In this document: piece by piece, positions 1 through 10,400 of the stretch | Numbering within the stretch: the stretch's first letter is position 1 | How the letters are laid out: the number at the start of each line of letters is the position of its first letter | Origin: Candidatus Latescibacterota bacterium | GTDB lineage: Bacteria > Latescibacterota > UBA2968 | Assembly: GCA_965222605.1 (NCBI GenBank) | Contig: OZ244960.1 | Location: 4,736,001-4,800,000, forward strand | Length of the DNA stretch: 64,000 nucleotides | Direction: 5' to 3' | Made by a program: the position numbers and the translations under genes | Notes under the pieces: model-generated | The model's database searches: none | Seen by the model: the letters and a program-made list of their open reading frames with translations, nothing else | What the model was told of the DNA's origin: nothing

Positions 1-1788
1 GTCAAAGAGCATGGGAATGGTGGTGGCTTTGAGGCCCGGGCGGTCAGCGTGGCGCAATTGCTCGAGTTCTTCGTTGGTCAAAATGGGCGTATCGAGATGG
101 ATTTGCCTGCAACTTTCGGGTTCGGGAATGAGCAAGTTGCGCTCGGGACCAATGGTGGCGTCAGCCGAGGTGATGACCTCTTCTTTCAGGGGATCGAGGG
201 GCGGGTTGGTCACCTGGGCAAAGAGCTGTTTGAAGTAGTTGTAGAGCAGGTGTGGTTTGTTAGACAATACCGCCAGGGGCGCGTCGTTGCCCATTGATCC
301 GACGGGATCGCGCCCGATTTTGGACATGGGGCCAACAAAAATTTTGAGGTCTTCAAACGTGTAGCCAAAAGCCTGTTGCCGCGTGAGCACTTCGGCGTGA
401 TTTGTAGGGGGTGCAATAGGTGCGACTGCGGGCAGGTTTTTGAGTGGAATGAGATGGTCGTCGAGCCATTGCTGGTAGGGATATTCGGAGACCATTGACT
501 GTTTGACTTCGTCATCGGAAATGATGCGGCCCTTTTTTGTATCGACGAGGAGGATGCGACCGGGTTGCAATCGACCTTTGTAAGCGATGCGCTCGGGTTC
601 TAATTCGCAGACACCCGCCTCGGAACTGAGGATGAGCAGGTCGTCTTTGGTGACGTAATAACGCGAAGGACGCAAGCCATTGCGGTCGAGGCAGGCACCC
701 ACGACTTCGCCATCGGTAAAGCCAATAGAAGCCGGGCCATCCCAGGGTTCCATGAGACAGGAATGGTATTCGTAGAAGGCGCGCCTTTCGGGACTCATAC
801 TCTCGTGATTTTCCCAGGGTTCGGGAATCATCATGACGGCTGCGTGCGCCATTGAGCGGCCAGATAGAGACAAAAATTCAAAACAGTTGTCAAAGATTGC
901 GGAATCCGAGCCGTCTTCGTAGAGTATGGGAGATATTTTTTGTATGTCGTCGCCCCAAAGCTCTGAAGACAGCATGGCCTGTCGGGTTTTCATCCAGTTT
1001 TGATTCCCGCGCAGGGTATTGATTTCACCGTTGTGAATGAGGTAGCGATAGGGGTGCGACCGTTCCCAGGAGGGAAAGGTGTTGGTGGAAAACCGGGAAT
1101 GCACGAGGACAATCGCGGCTTCCATGCGATGATCTTGCAGGTCGGGATAAAATTCGGGCACCTGCATGGGCGTGAGCATGCCTTTGTACACAATGGTGCG
1201 CGACGACAAGCTGGAGATGTAAAAATTCTCGTCGTGTCCGGCATAGCGGATAGTATTGGTGGCGCGCTTGCGAATGACATAGAGTTTGCGTTCAAATGCC
1301 ATTGGGTCGGGCAAGTCGGCACTGCGATCGATAAAAATTTGCCACACAACGGGTTCACAGGATCTGGAGGTGAGGCCCAGATAGAAGTTGTCGGTAGGCA
1401 CTTTGCGCCAGCCAAGGACTTTCTGCCCCTCTTCTTTGACAATATCCTCAATGATTTGACGCGTTTTTCGGCGAATGGACCGATCCTCGTCATCGGTCAT
1501 AAAAATCATGCCGACACCGTAGTGACCGGGATCTGGTATATCGATGCCAACTCCATTGCAGGCGTGTTCAAAGAATCGGTGTGGAATTTGCATCAAAATG
1601 CCAGCGCCGTCGCCCGTGTTGTCTTCGGCGCCGCGTGCGCCCCGGTGGTCGAGACAGACAAGGGATTCGAGGGCCATTTTGACGATCTGGTTGGATTTTT
1701 CGCCTTTGATATTCACGACAAATCCAATGCCACAGGCGTCGCGTTCGTATTTGGGATTGTAGAGTCCGTGCTTGCGAGGATATGCCAT
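1..1788 (-). CDS. gltB: Glutamate synthase large subunit, N-terminal part (runs off window start)
   Basis: Not in ORF track because no stop lies in the window. Manual translation from ATG at 1788 gives MAYPRKHGLYNPKYERDACGIGFVVNIKG, the GltB propeptide plus Ntn Cys motif DACGIGF. Frame spot-checked downstream (SEAGVCELEPERIAYKGRLQPG). Confidence 0.95.
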   Translation of the reverse strand, partial: MAYPRKHGLYNPKYERDACGIGFVVNIKGEKSNQIVKMALESLVCLDHRGARGAEDNTGDGAGILMQIPHRFFEHACNGVGIDIPDPGHYGVGMIFMTDDEDRSIRRKTRQIIEDIVKEEGQKVLGWRKVPTDNFYLGLTSRSCEPVVWQIFIDRSADLPDPMAFERKLYVIRKRATNTIRYAGHDENFYISSLSSRTIVYKGMLTPMQVPEFYPDLQDHRMEAAIVLVHSRFSTNTFPSWERSHPYRYLIHNGEINTLRGNQNWMKTRQAMLSSELWGDDIQKISPILYEDGSDSAIFDNCFEFLSLSGRSMAHAAVMMIPEPWENHESMSPERRAFYEYHSCLMEPWDGPASIGFTDGEVVGACLDRNGLRPSRYYVTKDDLLILSSEAGVCELEPERIAYKGRLQPGRILLVDTKKGRIISDDEVKQSMVSEYPYQQWLDDHLIPLKNLPAVAPIAPPTNHAEVLTRQQAFGYTFEDLKIFVGPMSKIGRDPVGSMGNDAPLAVLSNKPHLLYNYFKQLFAQVTNPPLDPLKEEVITSADATIGPERNLLIPEPESCRQIHLDTPILTNEELEQLRHADRPGLKATTIPMLFD

Positions 1789-1805
1789 AAAGTATATTCC
1801 TTTTG

Positions 1806-1829
1806 AACGGGGCTGGACATCGCCCCGTT
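1806..1829. terminator. Inverted repeat between fdx and gltB
   Basis: AACGGGGC-N8-GCCCCGTT hairpin. Confidence 0.4.
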
Positions 1830-1922
1830 TAACACCGCTTCACGCTTTGATCACAGGGCGCGAAAATGCCAGAACCGCGATCCGGCCCTGGCATTTGAAA
1901 ACCGGTTGTTTCAATTCAGACG

Positions 1923-2186
1923 CTAATCAAAAGCGACTTCATTGATTTCGATGTACTCTGTCCATTCGTCGGGCGTGTCTTCTTCGGCGAAGATCGCTTC
2001 AACTGGGCATTCGGGTTCACAAGCTCCACAGTCGATGCACTCTTCGGGATGAATATAGAGCATATTGAGACGTTCATCTTCCGGCAAATCGGTTGCGTCG
2101 GGTTCGTAGATGCAGTCCACTGGACAGACTTCCACACAGGACCTGTCCATAACATCAATGCATGGCTCGGCAATAATATAGGCCAT
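1923..2186 (-). CDS. fdxA: Dicluster (7Fe-type) ferredoxin
   Basis: [26 protein letters not shown]...[16 protein letters not shown]; start reset to the Met after the AGGAAGGGG SD. Confidence 0.9.
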   Translation of the reverse strand: MAYIIAEPCIDVMDRSCVEVCPVDCIYEPDATDLPEDERLNMLYIHPEECIDCGACEPECPVEAIFAEEDTPDEWTEYIEINEVAFD

Positions 2187-2239
2187 TTTTAATTCCCCTT
2201 CCTTACAATTGCGAATCTCATTCGATATTGGTCTTGCCA

Positions 2240-2267
2240 AATATACTTATTTGGTTAGCTTTGTCAA
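2240..2267 (-). promoter_or_regulatory. Putative sigma70 promoter for ferredoxin
   Basis: Minus strand TTGACA (2267-2262), 16-nt spacer, TATATT. Confidence 0.45.
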
Positions 2268-2320
2268 GTATTGTAAGTTAAAATTATGATTGCAGATACA
2301 CAAAAGAAGAATTTTTACTT

Positions 2321-2884
2321 TTAGGACAGATTTTCGAGGAGTTTTGCGACAGGCCAATCGCCCTCGGCGCGAATGTCGAGGGTGAATCTTTGCCTGGTAT
2401 CTTTTCTCCGTTTGGCAATCACCTCTGAACCGTCGTAAAGCTGGTGTAAAAACGCCTGCAGGTCGTCATTTATGGCGTTGTGCGTGTTTTTGGTATTAGG
2501 GGCATTGAGGCGGTCGTTGAGGATGAGCCTGAGTTCATTTCCCTGGAACACGACCGCTTCTTCTACTTCGAGTCGCCGACAGGTTTCACAGGCCGCGCGA
2601 ACCGCAGCAGATAATTGCTGTGCAAAACCACCTCCGTTGGGTTGCTTGCGGTTGTAGAGCAGGCCGCGTTTTGCGTCTGTGTCATCAATACTGATGTCGT
2701 ATTCGTGACCAAGGAGCAGGGTTACAGGGCCATTGGGTACGTGACTGTAATCGGCTACGTCGAGTAGCACATCTGACCCATTGTGTGCAGAAATCCAATT
2801 GTTAAAGGTTTTAAACCATGTTTCAGGCGCGATATTGTGCCCCTGATCGAGATAAAATTTGACACTGATTTTATGGGTTGGCAT
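2321..2884 (-). CDS. Hypothetical protein (187 aa) downstream of sulfite/nitrite reductase
   Basis: Clean ORF co-oriented with the reductase; motif DVADYSHVPNGP...GLLYNRK; no recognisable domain. Confidence 0.75.
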   Translation of the reverse strand: MPTHKISVKFYLDQGHNIAPETWFKTFNNWISAHNGSDVLLDVADYSHVPNGPVTLLLGHEYDISIDDTDAKRGLLYNRKQPNGGGFAQQLSAAVRAACETCRRLEVEEAVVFQGNELRLILNDRLNAPNTKNTHNAINDDLQAFLHQLYDGSEVIAKRRKDTRQRFTLDIRAEGDWPVAKLLENLS

Positions 2885-2917
2885 AAATGACTCGTTAATA
2901 TGGAAACAGGAGGCTAA

Positions 2918-5140
2918 TTACACCACATTCATTTGACCATAACAGGCATAGGCTTCTTCGATGAAGAGTTGCGCTTCTTCAACGACCTGGTGGGCAATGT
3001 CGCGGGTGTATTCGGCAACTTCCTCTTCGTGAACGCGGAAGAGATAATTGGCAAATTTTGCGCCGGCAAACTGGTTGTAGAACAACTCGGTATCGCAAAA
3101 GCGCGTGCGAAATTCTTCGACAATGGCATCTTCGGGTACGTCGAGAAACTGCGTTTTGACCAGTGCTTTGGCGGCGTGCAACATGGCGTTGAAAGCCGTT
3201 TTGTACGCGGCTTCGTAGTCGCCTTCCTCCAGGTGAATCTGCGATTCAAAGGATTCGGTTTCGCAGCCAGACAGTTCAAATTGCACCAGTGAAACCACTT
3301 CGCCAGCGCATTCGCCTTTGCCCATATCGCCGATGGTAAATTCGCGTATGTCGCCCCAGTCCGTATAGTAGGAGGCGTCGATTTCATGTGCGGGAACTTG
3401 CGTGAGGCCCTGAAGCAGTTCTTTGACGTCTTTTTTTCCGATGCGCTGAATATAGGCCTGGAAGCTTTCGTCTTTTTCGCGGTTTTCAACGTAATCGCCG
3501 GTGATGCGTTCGATGACGGCCGGAATATTTTTTGAAGGGATAGCACCCATGGCCAGGCCGTAAGAGGCCGCATTTTCGGTCCATTGTCCGCCGAGTACGA
3601 CCTGGAAGTGCGGCACGGTATAGCCATTGATTCTTCGGCTGTTGCCGTAAAAGCCGAGATCGGCTACGTGGTGTTGACCACAGGAGTTAAAACATCCGCT
3701 GATTTTGATGCGGAAGTTTTTGATGGCGTCGTCGAGTTGGAGATTCTGTTGCGCCAATTGCGTTCGCAACTCCGCTGCGAGACCTCGCGACGAGGAAATA
3801 CCCAATTTGCAGGTGTCGGTGCCCGGGCAGGCGGTGACATCGACAATGGTGCCAGCTCCGGCTTCGGCCAGCCCCAGTTCACAAAGGTCATTGTAGAGTG
3901 AAATGACATCGGATTCGCTGACCCATCGAAAAATGATGTTTTGCTCGACGGTGGCGCGAATGGTGTCTTTGACGTATTTGCGCGCGATATCGGCCAGATT
4001 TTTCATCTGTTCGGATGTGATATCCCCCAGAGGTAGGCATATTGTTGCGACGACATAGCCTTCCTGCCGTTGTTTGTAGATGTTGGTTTCTGCCCAGGCA
4101 TCAAAGGCTTCGGGACGCATAACCCCATTGAGGGGGGCAGCGATTTTGAGGGGTTCTTCCCCGTAGGCATCCAGGTCATCGAGATAGGCTGTCCACGCGG
4201 GGTCTTCGGGCAGGATTTTGCGTTCTTCTTTGACCAGGCGAGCAAATTCTTCGATGCCGAGTTTGGCGACGAGAAATTTGATGCGCGCACGGGCGCGATT
4301 TTGTTTTTCACCCAGGCGAGCAAAAACGCGGCATATTGCCTGTGCTGTGGGCAGGAGTTCTTCGGGGGGTAGAAATTCCGAGTAGAGCTTGGCCTGGTGG
4401 GGCACGGCGCCCAAACCGCCGCCGACGTAGGTTTCGAACCCGCGTTTGCCGTCTTTGATGCGTGCGATCATGCCCATGTCGTGCATGCTGGTCAAACCGC
4501 ATGCTTCCTGGGCGCATCCGGAAAAGGCGATTTTGAATTTGCGACCAAAGTCCTGGCAGTCGGGATGCCCAAGAAGGAATTGGGCGAGGGCATGAGAATA
4601 CGGCGTGACATCGAATGTTTCGGTGTGACACACACCCGAAAGCGGACAGGCCGTGACATTGCGGATGGAGTTTCCGCAGGCTTCGCGGGTGGTGATGCCC
4701 ACGGAGGCGAGGCGGCGCATGAGGTCGGGTGTGTCTTCGATGTGTACGTAGTGTATTTGAATATCCTGGCGGGTGGTGATGTGCAATATGCCGTCAGAAT
4801 ATTCTTCGGCTATGTCGGCCAAGACTTCCATTTGATCGGTGGTCAGGCCGCCATAAGGGATTTTGATGCGCTGCATACCCGGCGCATCCCAGACCGTGTC
4901 TGGCCCTTTGAAGAGGTCGCCGCTGGGATAGTGAAGGGGTTTGGTTATTTGACCGTCAAAGCGTTGCCCATTGTCGTATCGCTGGCCGTAAACACCGCGG
5001 CGAAGACGGGTTTCGGCAAAGACGCGGTCGTCAATTTGGCCCTGTTTTTTTTGTTCGATCTGCGCTTCAAACGTATCGATTTCGGTACTTAGATCTTCCG
5101 GGATCAGATCGCGCAATTCTTCTTTCCAATTCGCGTTCAT
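2918..5140 (-). CDS. Ferredoxin-dependent nitrite/sulfite reductase (siroheme, 4Fe-4S) with C-terminal helical extension
   Basis: HITTRQDIQIH, ACPGTDTCKLG and KISGCFNSCGQH cluster/siroheme motifs in a duplicated NIR_SIR architecture. Confidence 0.92.
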   Translation of the reverse strand: MNANWKEELRDLIPEDLSTEIDTFEAQIEQKKQGQIDDRVFAETRLRRGVYGQRYDNGQRFDGQITKPLHYPSGDLFKGPDTVWDAPGMQRIKIPYGGLTTDQMEVLADIAEEYSDGILHITTRQDIQIHYVHIEDTPDLMRRLASVGITTREACGNSIRNVTACPLSGVCHTETFDVTPYSHALAQFLLGHPDCQDFGRKFKIAFSGCAQEACGLTSMHDMGMIARIKDGKRGFETYVGGGLGAVPHQAKLYSEFLPPEELLPTAQAICRVFARLGEKQNRARARIKFLVAKLGIEEFARLVKEERKILPEDPAWTAYLDDLDAYGEEPLKIAAPLNGVMRPEAFDAWAETNIYKQRQEGYVVATICLPLGDITSEQMKNLADIARKYVKDTIRATVEQNIIFRWVSESDVISLYNDLCELGLAEAGAGTIVDVTACPGTDTCKLGISSSRGLAAELRTQLAQQNLQLDDAIKNFRIKISGCFNSCGQHHVADLGFYGNSRRINGYTVPHFQVVLGGQWTENAASYGLAMGAIPSKNIPAVIERITGDYVENREKDESFQAYIQRIGKKDVKELLQGLTQVPAHEIDASYYTDWGDIREFTIGDMGKGECAGEVVSLVQFELSGCETESFESQIHLEEGDYEAAYKTAFNAMLHAAKALVKTQFLDVPEDAIVEEFRTRFCDTELFYNQFAGAKFANYLFRVHEEEVAEYTRDIAHQVVEEAQLFIEEAYACYGQMNVV

Positions 5141-5225
5141 AATATACCACCTGTGGCGGAGATTTTTGGTTGAGCAGGATCAAAAATGAATGTGAAACTT
5201 AGTGTATTATGGGGATTTGTCAAGG

Positions 5226-5246
5226 GTAAAAGGTAAGACGTAAGAG
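5226..5246 (+). repeat. Degenerate heptamer tandem repeat (GTAARAS)x3
   Basis: GTAAAAG GTAAGAC GTAAGAG just beyond the moaA stop. Confidence 0.5.
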
Positions 5247-5249
5247 GCA

Positions 5250-6260
5250 TTATCCCCCGATTTGATACATTTCGATTTTGCGAGTTGCAGGGGTGTGATT
5301 AGAGCGGATTTCGGAGTAGCGGTCTGTGCGGCGGCGCCATATCCGGGCGATCTGGTCTCGCAGATGGGCGTTGGACGCACCTCGTCTCAGGCCATCGCGC
5401 AGATCTGTTCCCTCTGAAGCGAAGAGACAGGTGTAGAGTTTGCCGTCGGTGGATAAGCGCGCGCGCGTACAGTCGCCGCAAAAGGGCTGCGTGACAGAGG
5501 CGATGATGCCGATTTCACCGCCGCCGTCGAGATAGCGATAGCGTTTTGCGACTTCGCCTGTGTAGTTGGGGTCGAGGGGTTCGAGAGGTAAGATAGTGTG
5601 AATGCGGTCGATAATTTCTGTGGCGGGCACGACCTGATCCAGATTCCAGTTGTTGCGATTGCCCACGTCCATAAACTCGATGAATCGCAGGATGTGTCCC
5701 GTGTTGTGGAAGTGTTGTGCGAGGTCGATAACGAGGCGATCGTTGATGCCTTTTTGAACGACTGCGTTGATTTTTATGGCCTGAAAGCCCGCCTTTTCAG
5801 CCGCGCGGATGCCTTCGAGCACGCGCTCGGTGCCATGGGTGCGACCGCTCATGCGATTAAATGTCTGGTCGTCAATCGCATCGAGGCTCACGGTGAGCCG
5901 GTTCAGGCCGGCGTCTTTGAGGCCCTGCGCTTTGTCGGCGAGGAGATAGCCGTTGGTGGTGAGGGTGAGGTCTTGAATACCCGAGATCTGCGACAGTTTG
6001 GCGATGAGGGTTTCGAGGTCTCGGCGCAGGAGGGGTTCACCGCCGGTGACGCGAATTTTGGTGACGCCGAGATCGACAAAAATTCTGGCGAGGCGGGTGA
6101 TTTCTTCAAAGGTGAGGATTTCTGCTTTGGGAAGAAATTCGTACTTTTCGCCAAAAATCTCGGCAGGCATGCAATAGGGACAGCGAAAATTGCATTTGTC
6201 GGTGACCGAAATACGCAGGTCGCGGATGGGGCGTTGCAAGGTGTCGAGGAGATCGGACAT
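5250..6260 (-). CDS. moaA: GTP 3',8-cyclase (radical SAM)
   Basis: LRISVTDKCNFRCPYCMP, TGGEPLLR, FCGDCTRARL...LYTCLF, C-terminal GG. Confidence 0.97.
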   Translation of the reverse strand: MSDLLDTLQRPIRDLRISVTDKCNFRCPYCMPAEIFGEKYEFLPKAEILTFEEITRLARIFVDLGVTKIRVTGGEPLLRRDLETLIAKLSQISGIQDLTLTTNGYLLADKAQGLKDAGLNRLTVSLDAIDDQTFNRMSGRTHGTERVLEGIRAAEKAGFQAIKINAVVQKGINDRLVIDLAQHFHNTGHILRFIEFMDVGNRNNWNLDQVVPATEIIDRIHTILPLEPLDPNYTGEVAKRYRYLDGGGEIGIIASVTQPFCGDCTRARLSTDGKLYTCLFASEGTDLRDGLRRGASNAHLRDQIARIWRRRTDRYSEIRSNHTPATRKIEMYQIGG

Positions 6261-6263
6261 TGG

Positions 6264-6295
6264 AATTAAAAATTAAAAATTAAAAATTAAAAATT
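6264..6295 (+). repeat. Perfect heptamer tandem repeat (AATTAAA)x4.5
   Basis: Directly visible, 3 nt upstream of the moaA start codon. Confidence 0.9.
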
Positions 6296-6341
6296 GATGT
6301 CGCGATTGATCATTGTTTGGCAAGAGACTTAAAATAGCCGC

Positions 6342-7352
6342 TTAGAATTTCAAGATGGTCCACACGGGCACGTGATCCGAGGCAAAGTCGCCGCGTCTGG
6401 TATAGACGATTTCATCGCCGGAGAAGCTGATGCGCGAGCGAGTGCCCTTCACGGCTTCGGCGTGGGTGAAAACGCCCGATGAGAGGACGTGGTCCTTCAG
6501 GTTTTGGGATACGAGGATTTGGTCACAAAGGATCGCTTTGACTTTGACGTCTTGCGCAAAATTGTGGGGTTTTCCCCGCCATTTGTTATTCTCTGCGCGG
6601 GCACCCGAGACCATGGGATCGAAGGTATCGCTTTCGACTTTTTCGTAGAGATCATGGTATCCATAAGAACAATAGTCCCGCGCCAACATGGCTTCGGATG
6701 TGTTGTGGAGAAACGCATCGGGCACCTGGTCGATTCCGGGAAGTGCGTCGGGATTGCCGTATTCGAGAATGTTGAGCGAGCGGTCGTCGGGATTGTCGTT
6801 GAAATCGCCGAGCAATACAATGTGGTCGTATTTCACGCGGCTGGTGAGATAACTCATGGTCGCGCTATCTTCTCTGCGCGCGTTGGTTTTGTCGCGCCCA
6901 CCCGATCGCGATTTGGCGTGGTGAACCAGAACAATTAAGCGGCGGCCATATCCATCGACATAAGCCTGGAGCAAGTCGCGCTTTCGGGGAAATGCGTGGT
7001 CGTGTACTTTTTCTGGAAAGACCATTTTCAGATCGGTAATTTCAAATGGCTCGCGCACGGCTATGGCGAGTTCCTGGAGTTCTTCGGGATCATCGAGCAT
7101 GCCAATGGTATAGTTGTCGGGCAAAATGCGCTCGAGCGCAGATTTCGATTGGATTTCCTGAAAGCCGATGATGTCTGCATTGAGTTCGCGCATAACTGTT
7201 TGCAGGCGTTCCTGTCGCGCGTCGGAAATGCCATCGTCGAGCCAATAGATATTGTAAGTCGCAATCTTGATCTCGGCGGGCTGTGGGCCACACGCAAAAA
7301 ATAGAAGCAGAATCAGGGAGGCGAGATATGTTTTCCACACTCGTTTTTGCAT
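6342..7352 (-). CDS. Endonuclease/exonuclease/phosphatase (EEP) family lipoprotein
   Basis: ATYNI, GFQEI, HAKS, LLGDFND, ASDHVPV motifs; lipobox FFAC; GGAG SD before Met at 7352. Confidence 0.88.
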   Translation of the reverse strand: MQKRVWKTYLASLILLLFFACGPQPAEIKIATYNIYWLDDGISDARQERLQTVMRELNADIIGFQEIQSKSALERILPDNYTIGMLDDPEELQELAIAVREPFEITDLKMVFPEKVHDHAFPRKRDLLQAYVDGYGRRLIVLVHHAKSRSGGRDKTNARREDSATMSYLTSRVKYDHIVLLGDFNDNPDDRSLNILEYGNPDALPGIDQVPDAFLHNTSEAMLARDYCSYGYHDLYEKVESDTFDPMVSGARAENNKWRGKPHNFAQDVKVKAILCDQILVSQNLKDHVLSSGVFTHAEAVKGTRSRISFSGDEIVYTRRGDFASDHVPVWTILKF

Positions 7353-7410
7353 GTAATTCTCCGAATAGGGAATAGGTATGGCTATCTGCTTCATAATATA
7401 CACGATTGCG

Positions 7411-7449
7411 AAAAAAATAAAAGGGCGACGGTATAAACCGCCGCCCTTT
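7411..7449 (-). terminator. Intrinsic terminator after smc
   Basis: AAAGGGCG...CGCCCTTT stem followed by a T-rich run on the minus strand. Confidence 0.75.
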
Positions 7450-7471
7450 GTACATTGTCTGAGGTCGGGAA

Positions 7472-10400
7472 TCAATCGTCATCTGCGGGTTGTGCCACGG
7501 CTTCGGCGAACGAGGCGATATCATTGACCTGGTTTTCGCTATTGTTGGACATTTTGACGGAAACGAGCCTGGAGACGCCGGGTTCTTCCATGGTTACGCC
7601 GTGCAGGATTTCGCCAGATTCCATCGTCCCTCTGTTGTGGGTGACAACGATGAACTGCGACTGTTCGGAGAATTTTTTGATGACTTTGACAAAGCGCGCG
7701 ATATTGGCATCATCGAGGGGCGCATCGACTTCGTCGAGGACGCAAAAGGGACTGGGTTTGACCAGATAAATTGCAAAGAGAAGGGCAATGGCCGTCAGCG
7801 CGCGTTCGCCACCCGAAAGCAGGTTAATGCTCTGAAGGCGTTTGCCCCATGGCCGGGCTGTGATGATGATGGGGGCCTCGAGGGGATCTTCTTCGGGCGG
7901 CATAGTCAGGTCGGCTTCGCCGCCTTCAAAAAATTCCTGGAATGTGTTCTGGAAGTTTTCTCGAATGCTACCAAAGGTATTGAGAAAGCGCTGGCGCGCC
8001 GTGCGATCGATACGCGTGATGGTGCGCTTGACAATTTCTTCGGCCTCCAAAAGGTCGTCGCGCTGTTGCGTGAGAAATTCAAGACGTTCTTTTTGAACTT
8101 CGTACTCTTCGAGTGCTGCCAGGTTGACAGATCCCATGCGCCGCATACGCTCTTGCAGTTCGTGGGTCTTTTTTTCGGCCATATCCGCGTTAAATTCGGG
8201 ATCTCGAAAACGTCCCTGTTCGGCAATAGCGACTTCGTAATCTCGTTTGAGGCGTTCGATAATCCCTTCGCCGCGCTCTTTGATGTGCGCCATGGCGACC
8301 TGAAGTTCGCTTAAACGCTCGCGGTGTTGTGTTGTGCGGCGGTTCTTTTCGCGCAATTTTTCTTCAATGGCACGCGCCGCCATCACGATTTCGTGTTGTC
8401 TGCGTGCTTGTGCATCGCGTTTGTGTTCAATGTGGGATTGTTGCTTGTGCAGGACTTCGAGTTCGCCGGACGCTGTTCCGATGCTTTCTTCGCGTTCTCG
8501 TTTGCGGTCTTGGCTCTCATCAGCCTCGGCGGACAATCGCTCGATTTCGCGGGAAATGGCTTCGTGCTCTCGACCCTGGCGCACGGCTTCATGTGCGAGG
8601 CTTTCGATGCGTTCTTTCAAAGAAGCGATTTCCACGCGCACAGCGGCGACGCCATCTTGAAGTACGCGCCGTTGGTTTTCTTTTTCGCGCAAGTCTTCAT
8701 CCGCACGGCGAACTATATCTTCGAGGGTCTCGCGTTTGGCATCGAGCTTTGTTTGTTCCTCCTCTGCCTGGGAAATCAAATGCATCAATTCGCTTTCGCG
8801 CTCGGCAAGTTGTGAGGTCTCCTGGTCGAGTTCTGTCACTGCCCGAGCCTGGCGTTTGGCTTCTGTTTCGGCATTTTGCCGGTCTCTTTGAAGGCCCGCG
8901 CGGCGGTTGTGCAAATCGGCCAATGCGTTATCGCATGCCTCAATTTGCGCGAGGTGTTTGTCGAGCGTTTTGAGCGTGCGTGCCACTTGTGTTTCGCGCG
9001 TTTTGAGCTTGGATTGGGCGGATTTTATAGCCGACTGAAGGTCGTCAATTTGTTGCTGGCGACCGATGAGGCCCGATTCTGAGGTTGCATCTGCGCCGCC
9101 GTAAACCGTGCCATCAGCAGAAAAAACTTCGCCGCTGAGTGTCACAATCTCAGCGCCTTTGGCATGCAGGTCTCCACTGTGAACAAGCGCGGTTTGTGCA
9201 TCGCTTACAATCAAGGTGTGGCGCAACAGCGCGGATACGGCACCGTGTACATCGCGCTGTGGGTTTAACAGATCGCTTGCCAGCCCGACAATCCCTTCTC
9301 CTTTGGGGACTTCGCAAGGTGTGCCATTGGTAGAGATGACGCGTTCGAGGGGCAAAAATGCGGCTGCGCCGTGCTCTCCTTGTCTGAGAAAATCAATGGC
9401 CCAACGCGCGTCGTCGGTATTGCGTACGATTAGACATTCCAGTGCCCGTCCCAGCGCGGCTTCAATGGCGGTGACATATTCGGGATTGACATCAACCATG
9501 TCGGCGACTACGCCCTGTATGCGATTGGAAAAAGGCGAATCCACGGCCAGAGCGCGCACGCCTTTGGAATAGCCTTCAAAGCCTTCTCTCAGTTTTTGGA
9601 GGAGGGCGATTCGCGCCTGGTCGGCTTCGATATTTGCGCGCAAGCGGTTGCGCGATTCGATTTGTTCGTCTCGCTGGGCAATACAGCGATCTCGCCCTGC
9701 GATCTGTTGCTGACGCTCTTCTGTGTGTTGGGCAATTTGACCTTCAACTGCGGCGATTTGTGCCGCGGACTGATTGGCGATTTCGTCGGCTTCCTGGCGG
9801 CGCGCAGCCACGCGCTCAATATCCTGGGTCAAACGCGCCTGTCGCTGCACGATGCCCTCGCGCTCGGCCTGCATGCGCTCGAGGCCCTTGCCCTGATCGC
9901 TGCTTTGGCGCAACTGGTTCATCAACTGAGATTTTTGGGCATCGACTTGTGTGCGCTGTGTGTCCAGATCCCGGATTTCCGCTTCGAGTTTGGCGGTTTC
10001 CGCTTCGAGCTTTGCTTCTGCGGCTTCGAGTTTTTTGGCGGCTTCACGCCTGTCTTGTTCTGCGGCTATTTGGCCTTTTTGGGCGCTGTCGAGACGCAAT
10101 TTGAGCGATTTTTGCTGATGCGCGGCGCGTTCTAAAAACGCCTGAATGCTGCGTACCTCTTCGCGTGCAACGAGTATTTCGCTGTCTTTGCCGTGTACGC
10201 GCTCGATGTGTTGCGATAGCTCGATATTGACCTCGGCCAGTGCGCGGTCCTGATCGGTTAGTTCGACGCGCATTTCTTCGAGTTGGGCTTCGAGGGTGGT
10301 CATGTTGGTTTCTGAAATTTCGATGTCTTCTTTGAGGAAGACCATTTCCTCGCGCATCGGCCCAGACTGGTCGGCCAGATCGAAGTATTGGAATCGCGCC

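Noticed and set aside
1000-1806. 268-aa plus-strand ORF
   Set aside because: Antisense shadow of gltB.
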